Source: Moniliella sp. 'wahieum'
Lineage: Eukaryota
Assembly: GCA_003971905.1 (NCBI GenBank)
Contig: RSEE01000112.1
Location: forward strand, 62,001-126,000
Reading direction: 5' to 3'
Length of the DNA: 64,000 nucleotides
Both the position numbers and the translations under genes were made by a program. Position 1 is the first letter of the stretch, and every line of letters starts with the position of its first letter. Of the stretch, positions 1 through 13,103 are shown piece after piece. The notes beneath the pieces were generated by a model. The model had not been told where the DNA came from. It was given only the letters and a program-made list of their open reading frames with translations, and did not search any database.

Positions 1-1237
1 CCAATCTCTCCGGCAAAAGGCGTCCAACGACCACACAAAACTTAGTACACGGCAGCCGGTTGTTGGAGAAACGTATATACCCGAGCACCCATCCATCGCC
101 GACAACTACGCACATTCCATACAGCATTACAGGACCCAACGTGGCGTTCTGCGAACGGCCCCCCTTGCGGGGTCTTCAGTGCGCATCAGCCGTCCTAGGC
201 TGCACCCCCCCGGCTGAGTTGCCCAATTGATATTGATATTGATATTGATATTTGATGGTCGATGGTGCAATAATGAGGCCTGAGGACTCGGAGCAACAGG
301 TGCACCGCATCCTCTCCCGGCTCGGTGTGCCTACCGCCCAAAGCCGGGGCACGTTGCTGATTCACTAGCCATGCCACGCGCCATGCCCCACTGTACCACG
401 CGCCACCAGCCCCTTGGCACACTGGCCCCACGCACACTCTGGGGTGGATCGAAGGGGACTGGCCCTGGGCAGCTGGATGGAGGAAAGCGAAGACAGGAGG
501 TGGCAAAAGGCCACAATCATTGGGGAGAGGGCAGTCGTAGGCATTTGGGCTGCCCACGCGCCAGCCGAGAGCCAAGCAAGCCAAGCCAGCAAGCCAAGGC
601 CCGCGAGGATGGAGGAGCGCAGGAGGGAAGTGCAGAAGGCTCCATAGCAAGTGTTTGCAAAGGGGCACGGAGCAAGCATCTCCCGCGTCTGCCGACGACG
701 GGTACAGGTTGTACGCACTTGGTGTGTGACTGCGCCGCCGACGTCTAATGTTGCGTTACAGGGACGGTGGGCATCCTTGGCTTGACGCTGGTCGGCCCTG
801 CTGAGCCCTGCTCCGCCGCCCCTGCCGCTGCGAGCACGCCACGCACAGGGGCAGTGTGCCGGCTGCACACTGGCCGGGTGCGGCTGCGGACCTGGTGCGT
901 GTTTGGCCGTGGCGTGCGCTGGACTGCCCAGATGCTGGGCTGCCTGGCGTGCGTGTCTCGCATGGGGCAAGCCGGCGCAGGACACTGCTGGGCTGCCGGC
1001 GGCTGCTCGCACGCCGCGGGCCGCAAGGGGCGCGGCTGTACTGCCCCCGTGCGGTGTGTCTTATCTGCGCACTCGCCGCTGGTTTCAGCAGAGTCAGAGC
1101 ATTTTGGCCCGTGGCCAGGCGAGCGGACGTGTGCGTGTCTCCGTCTCCAGCACCCCCAGCACACGCCGCCTTAAACGTTAAACCCCCCCCCCCCCGCCCT
1201 CCCTTCTTCCGCCTCCATCCAATATCCACCCCCCGCC

Positions 1238-2544
1238 ATGGCCAGCGATCGCCTCAATGCCATCACCAACCACATCCGCCCCCCCGCGCCCGCCGAGCCC
1301 GTGGCGAGCTTCGATGCGTGGACCGACGTGCCCCAGGCGCCGCCCGATGCCATCTTCAAGCTGAGCGCCGGGTACGCGGCGGACAAGGCGCCGACCAAGG
1401 TCAACCTCGGTGTCGGTGCGTACCGCGACGACCAGGGCCGGCCCTATGTCTTGCCCAGTGTGCAGGCCGCGACACGCGCGTGGCTCGAGGACCCAGCGCT
1501 GAACCACGAGTATCTGCCGATCACGGGCTTGCCCGCGTTCACTGCCGCCGCGGCGCAGCTGGTGTTGGTCCGGCCAGTCCTGCCCTGGCCCAAGGCCGGG
1601 TGGCGACGGTGCAGACCATCTCGGGCACGGGCGCGAACCATCTGGGGGCGCTGTTCTTGTCCAAGTTCTACGCCTTCCCCAACGGCATCAAGCAGGTCTA
1701 CCTCTCCAACCCCACCTGGGCCAACCACAGGCCATCCTGGCCCAGGCCGGCATCCGGCCGATTGACTATGTCTATTACGACGCCAAGACGATTGGGTTGG
1801 ACGAGGTGGGTCTGCTGGCCACGCTGGAAGCTGCGCCGGACGGCAGCGTGTTTCTGTTGCATGCGTGTGCGCACAACCCGACCGGCGTTGACCCGACGCG
1901 AGCGCAGTGGACGACGATTGCCGATGTGTTTGCGCGCAAGCGCCACTTTGCATTTTTCGACAGTGCGTACCAAGGCTTTGCGTCGGGCGACCTGGATGCC
2001 GACGCATGGGCCGTGCGCCACTTTGTCCAGCGCGGCGACATTCCGCTGCTGGTGTGCCAGAGCTTTGCCAAGAACGCGGGGCTGTATGGCGAGCGGATTG
2101 GCGCGTTGCATGTCGTCTCGCCGGGCCACGCGGCGCAGGTCAAGTCGCAGCTCTCCACCCTCGTCCGCAGCGAGATCTCCAACCCGCCCGCATACGGCGC
2201 GCAGGTGGTGCAGCGTCTCCTGACCCAGCCCGAGCTGTTTGCGCAGTGGAAGAAGGACGTGGCGGGCATGTCGTACCGGATCCAAGATATGCGCAGCGTT
2301 GCGCGCCGCGCTCGAACGGCGGCGGACGCCCGCGCCGGCCGCGGCCGCCGACTGGTCGCACATCACCAAGCAGATTGGCATGTTTTGCTTTACGGGGCTG
2401 ACGCCGGGCCAGTGCCAGGCGCTGGTGGACCAGCACCACATTTACCTCACCGCCAACGGCCGCATCTCCATGGCCGGGCTCAACGGGTCGAATGTGGAGT
2501 ATGTGGCGCAGGCGTTTGACCAGGTGATTCGCACCATTGCCTAA
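1238..2544 (+). CDS. AAT2: Aspartate aminotransferase, cytoplasmic type (PLP-dependent, class I); split by apparent indels
   Basis: Joined ORFs 1238-1765, part of 856-2223, 1797-2519 and 2239-2544 give APPDAIF, KVNLGVGAYRD, QTISGTGA, SNPTWANH, HACAHNPTGVD, DSAYQGFASG, QSFAKNAGLYGERIG (PLP Lys), SNPP and QIGMF...GRISMAGLN. Confidence 0.95.
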
Positions 2545-2925
2545 TCCGCTCTCTGCCGGGTGTGCTCTCTCCGTTGCCCTGTACTCTTTCTTTCTGCGGA
2601 CATTCCCTCTGCTGCTGTTGGCGTTGTTGCCCCGTTAGTCTGCCGCTCTACTGCTCCCACATGCTATTTCTTGCCCGGAACGACCCCAGATGCATCCACT
2701 TCCATAGGCACTCGTAGCCACCCGTCCACCCGACAGGGACGACGGATGGAGCGCGCCGGGGGCGCAGCGAAGCAGACAAAGATCGGACGAGAAGTGGATG
2801 ATGACGGTGTACGCTGGGCAACCGCTGAGGAGCGCTTACCTAAGCTGCACTTTAAGCACCGGCTGGCCAGCCGCGCGGAGTGCTACTGAGTCTGACTGCT
2901 GCGACGACTTTAGCCTGCTCTCGCC

Positions 2926-5900
2926 ATGGCCGCCCAAGGCGCAGCGTCGGGCCTGAGCGAGTGGGAGAAGGCGGCGGCGGCGTGGGTGGAGATGGAGGCG
3001 GCGTCTTCGCCTTCGCCTTCGCCTTCGCCCTCGTCTCCTCCTGCCCCCGCATCGCCCTCGCCACCGCCCCCGTCATCGCCACCGCCACCTGCGCATTCCA
3101 GCCCGCAGCCCCTCCCGCAGCCCCTCCCGCCCCCCGCCGTGCCTCTCAACTCGCAGCCGCTCGTCGACCCGCAGGGGTGGAGCAAGCGATGCAGCAGGGC
3201 GGCAAGAACGCCGTGCTGCTGCCCTACCACCGGGCCATCATTGCCTCCCTCATCCCTGGCTCGGGCGACGAGGAGGAGGCGGTGGTGGCGGACGAAGATG
3301 AGGAGAATGCGCTGGTGGTCATGGCGCCCGGGCTGGGGCTACGACGGGTGGTGTCGACGATTTTACGCATTTACGATGCACCTTCGAATCTCGTGTTGCT
3401 GGTGGGTGCGAATGCGGAGGAGGAAGCGTCGATCGGGGAGGAACTCTTGACGCTTGGCGTTCGGCCAGGCGGGATGGAGATTGTGGACCAAGCCAAGGGC
3501 GAGAGCAAACGGCGCCAACTCTACCTCAACGGCGGCTTGGTCTCGGCCACGAGCCAGATCATTGTGTCGGACATTTTGCGCAAGGTGCTTCCGACCGAGC
3601 TGGTGACTGGCCTTGTTGTGCTCCATGCCGAACGCGTGAGCAAGGGCAGCACAGAAGCCTACATTATCCGTCTGTTTCGCGACGAGAACCAGGAAGGTTT
3701 TCTCAAAGCGTTTAGCGAGGCGCCTCAGGTCCTCGCTTCGCGCGGCCTCCAGCACGTGGCCAGTCTGCTCCGCGTCCGCCGTGTCGAGCTCTGGCCCCGG
3801 TTTCACAAGTTGGTCCAGCGCAGCCTGGCGGCCAAGCAGGCGGATGTGATTGAACTGTACCAAGACTTGTCGCCCCGAATGCTGCGCATCCAGACCGCGA
3901 TCCTCGAGTGCTTGGAGGCGACGGTCAACGAGCTGCGGCGGAGCAGTATGGGCGATGTCGATACGTTTACCGTGGACAATGCGCTGTTCAGTTCGTTTGA
4001 CAATGTGGCGCGCAAGCAGCTGAGCGGCGTATGGAACAAGGTCGGGCCCAAGACGAAGCAGCTGGTCGCCGACTTGGGCACGTTGCGCAACTTGCTCACC
4101 TACTTGCTCGAGTACGATGCGATCTATTACCTGATCTACCTCGAAAGCGTCATAACCGCCAACCAACCCAAGGGCCCCAGTTCGCGCCAAAACCAGTCGC
4201 CGTGGCTCTTGATGGATGCGGCGAACGTGATCATTGCCGAGGCGCGTGCGCGCGTGTTCGAAGGCCGGATCGAAACCAAGTCCAAACCGGCCTCCTCTAC
4301 GTCCTCAGCCTCGGGACAGACGCGCGCCACGCATCCTCTCCCTCCTCCTCCCGGCGAGTCCTGGCCATCCTGGGTCCCCGAGGGCATCAGCCCCACCCTA
4401 GAGGAGCAGCCCAAGTGGAAATTGTTGCAGGATGTGATGCGGGAGATTGAACAAGACATCCAGACTCAGGAGCCGGATCCTTGTACGTTGTTGTCCCTCT
4501 CTTTCCTCTCTTTCCTCTTTCTACTCCCTGTTCGCCTGTACTGTCCTGCTGCTCAGACTAACCTCGGCTGACGTGACGCGGGCCCCAGACGGATGGACAA
4601 ACAACACGATTTTGATCATGACAGCCTCGGTGCGGAGTACGTGGCAAGTACGCAGTTTGCTGTCGACGTTGCACCATCGGACGGGCTTGGTGCTCTACCC
4701 CGACGCTGAGGCCGAAGCGTGGGCCGCGCACAGCGAGGAGGAGGCCGAGGCCTACTCGGAGCAGCACCGGGCCGAATCATGATGTGGCGTCAGTTCAAGG
4801 AGTACCTATTGTGGAAATCTGATTTGGGGGCGCTGGGACGCGGCACGCGCCCGGCCGCGTTGGATAAGACCCACTTGCCCCCCGGTCCCTTGGCTGGCGG
4901 GACCAAGCCCGTGTCCGACGCGCTCAAACATAAGTACACCCCGCACAATGCGCCGCCTACCAAGCGCGACGTGTTCGTGGTGGCGGCTCGGCCGCTGCCG
5001 CGTCGGCATCTACCGATCCGGCTTCCCATGGCGAGATGGTAGCCAAAGAGGCGGACGAGTTGGCGGACTTGTACGTTGTTTTTTTTTCTCCATGTTAGAA
5101 GCGTTCTTGGGCACTGATTTGTTGTTTTTGTTTCGTCCCAGTTCCAAGCGGGCGATTGATCTGGTGAATGCCGACCAAGGCTCCGAGTCGGAGGAGGAGG
5201 AGGTGGCAACGACCGGCCCTGGCTTGGGCCTTTCGACCGAGACGCTGAACGACGATACGTTCAATGCGTACTTCGGTCTGCTCAGTATGGAGAATTTGGT
5301 AGTGATACGAACGTACAAGAAGGAGGACGATGACAAGGTGTTGCAAGAGATCAAGCCACGGTACATTATCCTCTTTGATCCCTCGTTGGCTTTATCCGGC
5401 AGATTGAAGTGTACCGCAAGATGCACCCGTCGTTGCAGGTGCGGCTGTACTTTATGCTGTACGCCGAGAGCTCGGAAGAACAGCGCTACCTCTCTTCGAT
5501 CCGCAAGGAGAAGGATGCGTTCGAACGGCTGATCAAGGACAAGGCGGGCATGGTCGTGCCCCTGCGTGCGGCAGGCGGTCGGGACGCCGAGCACGACAGC
5601 CAGTTGTTGCGGACGATCAGCACGCGTCTCGGTGGCCGGCTGACAGCGACCAGGGCGCCGCAGCGCGTGGTGGTGGACCGACGTGAGCTCCGCTCGGCAC
5701 TGCCTTCGATGCTGACCGAAGCAGGGATGGAGGTGGTGCCAGTCTGGTTGACCGTGGGGGACTATGTGTTGGCGCCGGACATTTGCGTCGAACGCAAGTC
5801 GCTCAGTGACCTGATTGGATCCTTTAGCGATGGCCGACTGTACACCCAAGTGGAGATCATGTCGATCCACTACAAGAACCCCGTGCTGCTGATCGAGTTT

Positions 5901-6425
5901 GATGAAGACCGGGAGTTTTCGCTGCAGGCGCTGCTCAACACGGGCGGCGGCGCGAAACCCATCACGGGCGCCGCGGCGAGCGAGCGGGCAGGCCCGAACG
6001 ATCTGGACGTGCAGGCGAAACTGGTACTGCTGACCATCACCTTCAAGCGTTTGCGCATCCTCTGGTCCGCGTCGCCCACGGCCACCGCACAAATCTTTCG
6101 CGAACTCAAGGAGAACCATGCTGAGCCCGACCCGACCCGGGTGGCCGCTGTCGGAGTGAGCGACCGCGATGGCAAGCCCGGTCCCAACGGGGAGGTGGAG
6201 CAGGTGGTGGAACAGGCGTTCAACAGACTTCCCCAGGTCCTGCTGCGTGCCATGCCCGGCATCTCGTACCACAATGCCGAGCATGTGATGAGGGAGGTGC
6301 GCAACGTCGCCGAGCTCTGCGACCTGAGCCTCGCAGAGATTCGCGAGTTGGTCGGCAACGACGCGGGCAAAGAGCTGTATCGATTCCTGCACCGCGATGC
6401 TCGCACCGAGGGCATGTGGGGGTAG
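2926..6425 (+). CDS. RAD1: DNA repair endonuclease XPF/Rad1 (ERCC4 family); introns about 4483-4588 and 5071-5141
   Basis: N-terminal helicase-like region (LLPYHR, GFLKAFSE, LWPRFH, LEEQPKW), ERCC4 nuclease motifs (VVVDRRELRSALP, GDYVLAPDICVERKS, LLIEFD) and C-terminal HhH (LRAMPGI). GTACGT donors at 4483 and 5071. Confidence 0.95.
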
Positions 6426-6670
6426 CCCCCCCATCTACATCCCATGCGTCTGCGTCTGCGTCGGCGTCTTCGTCGGCGTCTTCGTCTGCTGCTTCCCTAC
6501 GAATCCGCCTTGCCAACTCCCTCGCCAACGGCTCCCCTGCGTGCGCACGTAGTCCCGTGGTGGGGGAAGCCAGGACCCCATAGCCGTACCATTGCCAAGG
6601 ACCCCAGTGTCCCACTTTGGATCCCGCTCCTGTTCCGACGACAGGGTGGGAATCGCACCCGAACCGAGTC

Positions 6671-7667
6671 TTACTCTTCCTCGCTCTGCCGCCTGCGGCG
6701 GCCCTTGGCTTTCGCCTTGCTTTCTGCGTGCGCGCTGGGGCTGGCACTGGGACTGTTTCCCTGCCCCTGTCCGGTGCGCTGTGCCCTTTTGAACTCGGCT
6801 GGGGTGACGACATGTGCTTGGGACCAGATGCCGAGTTTGTGCGCTTTGGCGTGTTCCTGCGCGGCGAGCAGACGCTCCTTGCCCGAACTGTCTTCGCCAG
6901 TGTAAATGTGATGGTAGGCTGCGTGGCCGTACTCGGCGCCGGACTGGGTGTAGACCGTAGCCAAGCCCTTCTGCACCATGGCGAGAGAGACATTGATAGG
7001 GCCTTGGACGTAGGGCGCGCGCCAGACGTACACGGTGCCCACTAAGCGGTTGTACTGGTCCACATGGCCTACATCGACGGTCACCCATTCGCCCAAGATG
7101 AGCTCCGTCAGCGCCTGCTTGGCTTCCGGGCCAAACGCTTGACCTGCCTTGCCAAAGTGCGCTAGCTCGGGCGCATCCGCTCCAGCTAGGCGCACACTGA
7201 TCGTCTCTTCCCCCAGCCGGAGCTTGCGCGACGGAACGGGGTGCATCTTGCGGCCCAGCACCCGCCCGCCCGGCTGGTGATACTACAACGCAGAGACCAA
7301 CACAGCGACACAGAGTCCATCGTGCGCGTCAGTGCTTGTCGTGCTTTCCGATCCGCACGTGGGTCTCCAGCGCGGGAGGGTGCATACAGCCATGTGCACG
7401 TCCCGCCCAGGCTGGGGAGGAGAGGGGAGGGGGGCGTACCAGGCGGAAACCATCGGCATCGCCGACCTTGACGACGGTGCCGGAGATGCGAGGGGTGGCT
7501 TTGAGCACGTCGTGGGTCAGTGCGGCATTGTTGGCGAAGCGGGTAGGATGAGTTGGGCAGCGGACGAGACGAGCGGCGAAAGGGACGAGTCGGGGGGGGC
7601 GGGGGCGAAGTGCCTGGCTTGGGATGCCGAGAGCGCTCGGCCGGGAGGGTGGGGCGCGAGGGAGCAT
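6671..7667 (-). CDS. LCL3: Staphylococcal-nuclease-like endonuclease Lcl3; intron about 7283-7439
   Basis: Spliced reading GTVVKVGDADGFRL|YHQPGG...SVRLAGADAPELAHFG...QAFG...DQYNRLVG...MVQKGLATVY...AEYG...AKAHKLGIWS...TPAEFK. Start codon approximate. Confidence 0.88.
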
Positions 7668-7678
7668 GCTAGGATGAT

Positions 7679-7790
7679 GGTGGGGATGGCGATGGGGATG
7701 GCGATGGGGATGGCGGTGGGGATGGCGGTGGGGATGGCGATGGGGATGGCGGTGGGGATGGCGGCGGGGATGGCGATGGAGATGGTGGTG
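7679..7790. repeat. 12-bp tandem repeat (GGGGATGGCG[A/G]T)n, about 9 copies, just upstream of LCL3
   Basis: Directly visible. Confidence 0.9.
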
Positions 7791-8359
7791 TTGGTGATCC
7801 GGTGGGGGTGGTGTTGGTGTGATGTGATGTGATGATGTGGTCGGTGGCGCTGCGGGAGGGCGTTGCACCGATCGAGCTGGGCTGGCATAGCAAGGCGCCT
7901 ATACTGTGCAACCGGCCTGAGGCCAACTGGCGGTGCGTACCCTGTCGACGCCATGCGCACGCTTGCGACCCTACGCCGGTCCCTCCTGCATCTCCTCCAG
8001 GTAGACATCCCAGTGCTCCAAATCGGTCGCGGAGGACAAAGAAGGAAAGCGAGGCGGCAGGCTAGGCTACAACGTACAGACAAAACTAGTCCTTTCCTGG
8101 GCCGGCTGCAACCCCACGCGGTCATGCGAAATGCGACATGCGACATGCGACGTGGGACGTGGGACAGCGCCGGCGAGGCAAGGTCGATCAGCAGCGCACG
8201 CAGAGGCTAAGGTGCAAGACGGAGAATGCAGTTTTGGGATGATGACAAGTGGTGGGATGTACCCGGGCGGTGGGGGGTAAGATCTACGGCCGACCGCAGT
8301 AGTTCCAGGGTCCCAGGGTCCAAGGTCCAGGGTCCAGGTCCGACGGGGGGGGGGGCAGG

Positions 8360-8878
8360 TTAGTCAAACAGACCAAAGCCCATGTCGTCGTCCGACTCCT
8401 CCTCGACCTTCTCCTCCTTCTTCCTCCTTCTTCTCTTCGGCTGGGGCGTCACCGGCGGCCGCACCGGGCGCAGCGGCGGCGACTGGGCCGGCGCCGGCCG
8501 CGCCGACCGAGGTCAAGAGGTCGGTGATGTTTTGCCCGGCAAGCGCCTTGGCCAACAAGCTCGCCCAGATCGGTTCCAGGTCCACGTGCGCGGCCGAGGT
8601 GAGGTGCGTGTGGATCTTCTCCCCCTACGATGCATGTATGCAGGCAGGCGCAGTAGGAACCAATGGGTACGCAGGGTCAGCAGAGCGGTTGGACGTGGCG
8701 CACGCCAGGCCGGAGCAAGAAAGAGTCGCTGGGCCGCTGGGCCAGTCTACCGAGCCTACCCGTAGGGCACTCTCGAGAGCAAGCAAGCCAACGCGATAGG
8801 AACACGTACCGTGATCTCCACCGCCTCGTCCGCGAGAATGAGCGAGGCGTAGGTGGCAGCGAGCTCCGAGGTGGCCAT
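8360..8878 (-). CDS. RPP1: 60S acidic ribosomal protein P1; intron 8625-8809
   Basis: [27 protein letters not shown]...[14 protein letters not shown]...Ala-rich hinge...[17 protein letters not shown]. GTACGT donor, GCTGAC branch point, TAG acceptor. Confidence 0.96.
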
Positions 8879-10891
8879 GGTGCGAGTGGGGTGGGTCGAG
8901 GCGGGGGGCTGGCGCTGCGTCGCGCCCAGGCCGCGGCTACACGTGCGGGCGCTGCGACGCCAGCAGCGCGAAACCCTAGGTCCTGCAACCCTATGCAGCT
9001 GCGGGAGAAACCAATGTAGCATTGGGGCGGTATGGAGGCTGATTTGCACGGCGTAATTAATTTGCGGATTGAGCGCATTCCCCCTTCCCCCCTTACTCCA
9101 CCATGCACATAGATGCAACAGGCGCGCGCACCAGTCCTACTGCCTACTGCTCCGGGGGGGGGAGGTCCTGAGCAAGGTGGACTGGCAAGGTACGGCTCCG
9201 TGGTTGGATTCGACTGACGTTGCTCGGTACGTCCCTACGGGACCTCGCTTGCCCATCTCATGTTGTCCCCGCGCGGGCACTTTGGCCTAGTAGAAACCCG
9301 TTATTACGGACGAGGCTCAACTGGGAAGAAGTGGGATGCGGGCCGGCTTACCCTCTCCTCCGATGCAAAGGAGCGAACGGTGGCACGGCCCAAAAGAGCC
9401 GGGGGAAACGATGGCACTATGCCAAGTCAATTTGCCGGGGGACGAGAAGAGGACCAAAGCAAAGGGGAATGTTGGATTGAGCTGCAGTTGAGGAGTACTG
9501 TGCACAGGGTTACCACTGGGGTACTGCAGCCTGGGGTGGGTGCGTTCACTATTCAACATTGAATCTTGGTGTGCCAGAGAAGGAGGGCAGATGGATGGCT
9601 TGAAGATTGGATTGCTGAGATGGTGTCAAGTGCTGATGTGGGCATGTGAGGCCACATGGGGAGGAAGATGATGGATGAGATGGGCTATGGCGCTAACGGG
9701 CGGGCATGCGACATGTGCCCATGGCTTCAAGTGAAAGGGGGGCTGGAAGGGAGGAGAGAGGGACTAGGCCTTAGGGTCTGTGAACGTTTTGCACGTTCAG
9801 GTGAACTATACCCTGTCTGTACGCGCGGTGCCTGGTACCTGATGTGTTGTTGGTTTGTTTGTAAGGGATGGACGTTTTCCATCAGGCGTTGCGGGAGGGA
9901 TCGCCTGAGAAGATAGGCCGTGGGCAGGGCTGGGTACTGGTACTGGACAGTGGCGTGGCAGTGCCAGCCTGTAAGTGGCGCAGTGGCGCAGAGGCGCAGG
10001 CGCGCGTGCGGGGGAAATGTTGCAAATGGATCGGGGGGTGGGCAGGCGTTGTACATTTCAGCCGGCGCAGCCCCCTCGTTTGGTGGGGCGGGGTATATCT
10101 GTGCCACTCTGGCCCCCCGGTTTTGGTCTCGGGCGTGGCCGATGGGCTTGCGAGTGAGTAGTAACTAGTAACGGGTAACCAGGATCCATCCCCGGCTGGC
10201 CGGCCACCGCCACCGGCGACCTGGCGCCCTCCGCCCGAGGGGGCGCACTCAGTGTGCTAACAAACCATGCGACGTGGACGGCGTGTGTTGGCACGTCACG
10301 TGCATCCGCCGGCAGCTGCGACTGACTGAGGACTGAGTTAGACATGCCCTGATTCGGCCAATCCCAAGTGTCTCTGCCGCACCGCCCCTCGCCAGGCGCT
10401 GGATCTGCAATCCCCTCCCCTCGCCCCGTCCACACCTCCACCACACACACACGCCGTGCCGATGGACAACATCCGCGTGGATCCATTCGAGAGAATCCTA
10501 CTTCTTCCCGTCCTCTCAGATGTGAGACTGGATGGCTGATGGCTGATGCATGATGGCTGATGCCCCCTCCTTCAGGAAGCCTCAGGCACACCGTCAAACG
10601 CCCTTTGTCTCATCCATCTTCCCCCCTCGCCCCGGCGGAGACACGCCGTAGACAGGCGTAGCCCTGGGGCCTCGATTCTTCCCCTCCCCTCCTTCCCCAT
10701 GCAGCAACGGCGTGTGCCACAAGCCGCTCTTCGTCTTCGTGCCTGTAAAGTAGCTCCTCGTTGCTATAAAACCTCCGACCGTCGGGGGCTTGGGCAATCC
10801 TCTCCCCCTCACCAACCCACCAGCAGTCCTCTTCGTCCTTCTCTTGGCGTCCTCTTCTTCTTTTGTTTTTCCTTTTCGCACCTTTTTCATC

Positions 10892-11380
10892 ATGTTCGCC
10901 TTCACCAAGATTGCGGCTGCCGCCACCGCCGTTCTTGCCCTCTCGGCCTCGGCCGCGCCCATTGCCAAGCCCGCTGCCGAGCTGGAGAAGCGCCACTTTG
11001 CGTACGTTTTGAGTTTCCTCCTTGGCGCTGTGTCACCCTGTCAATCGTGCTTGTTGGTCTTGGCATTCGTGCGCATATGTACTTACCCTCCCGTCTGGAC
11101 AGTGGCCAAGCCACCTTTTTCGAGGTTGGTCTCGGGCGTGCGGGTGGACCAACCAACAACACCGACTTGTTGTCGCCCTAACGCGCCGCAGTACAAAGAA
11201 GCCTGCGGCAAGGAAATTGCCATTCTCAACCAGCAAAAGGGCATCTGGCAATTCGCCACGATTGTCGACCTCTGCCTGCTGCGCCGAGGGCAGCTTGGAC
11301 ATGTCCCCCGCCTCTTCTCTGCTCTCGACGAGGGCGACATGGACCAGGGCGTCTTCCCCATCGGCTGGCACTTCCTCTAA
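10892..11380 (+). CDS. Small secreted RlpA-like double-psi beta-barrel (expansin/barwin-like) protein; intron about 11002-11102
   Basis: Signal-peptide-like MFAFTKIAAAATAVLALSASAAP and a KR (Kex2-type) site, then GQATFFEVGLG-ACG...VVALN...CGKEI...ATIVDLC...GSLDMSP...LFSAL...GVFPIGWHF across frames. TATAAAA near 10765. Confidence 0.85.
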   Translation: MFAFTKIAAAATAVLALSASAAPIAKPAAELEKRHFAYVLSFLLGAVSPCQSCLLVLAFVRICTYPPVWTVAKPPFSRLVSGVRVDQPTTPTCCRPNAPQYKEACGKEIAILNQQKGIWQFATIVDLCLLRRGQLGHVPRLFSALDEGDMDQGVFPIGWHFL

Positions 11381-13103
11381 GCGCCGTATTGCCATTTGGC
11401 GTGCGGCTCACTCCCTCTGCCTCTCCCTTTGCTTCTTCTGCCTCTTTCCTCTGCCACTTTCGTGTTCGTTGTCTCGATCTTCCTTGGGTTCCCCGGTTCT
11501 GGTTTTTTATGGGCTCTTCTTCCTCTCCCTCTTTTCTTCGTTTGGGTAGGGGACTACTCTTCCTTTTGGGCTCCCACCGTGCTCCCCTGTCGTGCTAGCC
11601 ACGCTCGACACTTTGGCTGCCCCCCCCCCCCCCTTCCCCCCACCCGCGTCACCGTCCATGGATTGGCACCAAAACATCACCTGCCCACCGCGCCGAAAAG
11701 TCGACCTTTTCCTCACGGTTCACACGGGCCACGGCGCTGCAATCGCCCCCCCCCCCCCTCCCCGGGCTGTACCTGTATCATACGCCACGCTCTGCTTGCT
11801 GGCACAAAAAAGTATCCGTTGCAGGATATTCGATCGAAGCGCAGTGTCTGTCGTAGTATACCTTGCCTCCACAGAGCGTACCTGGGCAATAAGGAAGGAT
11901 ACAGTTGAGATACAGGTCAGTTACGCCGTTTGTACGGTATTAGTAATTGAATAGTAGGCGAAGAGCGCTGAGGTGTAGAACTGCTGATCATGTATGTATG
12001 TGGCGGGACTACGCCCTACCCCCCTGGGCCCTGTATGACGGTCGTCATGCGCAACTGCTAGTAGGTGGCTGTCTCCGACAAGGGATGGTGCAGTGTGCTG
12101 CAGACGAGTGTACAGTAGCAAGAAAAAGGAACTCTCCCGTCCGCCGCCGCCATCGTCATCGTCGTTGCCTCTTCCTCCGCAAGAGCCCGTTTGCAAGCGC
12201 GGAGATGGTGTACAGGTGGGATCAGGACTTGTTCGTGCGGTTCGCCCGGGCCGGGGCGGGGGTGTGGTCGCCCACCTGAGCATTTCATGCCAGATGGCGC
12301 CCACGCAGCAGGTCGCACACAGTTGGGCGGCTGAAGGGTTAGTTGGGTGGCGGACTTATTTTTTCGGCTGTGGGTGAAGATTGAGCTTCAAGATTGAGCC
12401 AGCGAACATTGAGCCATTGAGCATGGCTGGTCTCAGCTAGTGCGACAGCTCCCGCTCCGGTTCACGCCCGTTTGGCTCGACGGACACAACGAGCTTCAGC
12501 CGCTGAGCAGCTGGTGCGCGTTAGGACGAATGGGGTGGAGGGTCGGACGATCTCTATGATCAAGGCATCGTCTCCATATCCCGACCTCGAGGGTCGAGGC
12601 TCGATCGTGCCCAACCAACAACCAAGAACAACGCTCTCCTAAACCCTGATCAGAACACCGCCCTTCGCTCCGCACCAAGCTCGGTTGAACGGGGCCCGCG
12701 GCACGCTAGCCACAGCAATACTGTGCCATTGCATAGTCGAATTCCAGGCGAAATGGACAGGACTGAAAGAGAGGGGAAAGAGGAGGAGGAAACGGAGGAG
12801 GAAAGAAGGAGAAGGAGGAGCGAGACCATAGCCTCGCTCGATCCGAGCCGAGCCAAGAACTGAAATGGGTCCCACGAGCCAAGAACCAAGAACCAAGATC
12901 CAAGAACCAACAATCAACAATCAAGAAGCGGGACAGCCCACCGCCCTCTTCTGGGCAAAAAAAAACCAAACCAAACCAAACGAAACCCAAAATCCAAAAC
13001 CCAACAGCCAAGTAGCATCACCAATCGAGCAACTCCCGCGACGCTCCCTGCCCGAGCCGCACTTACCGGTCACCCCCCGAGTTGGAGATTCAGTCAACCG
13101 GCT

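Noticed and set aside
195..1100. Several overlapping ORFs of 125-215 aa upstream of AAT2
   Set aside because: No recognisable motifs and no consistent frame or strand. Long spurious ORFs are expected at this GC content. A frameshifted orphan gene cannot be excluded.
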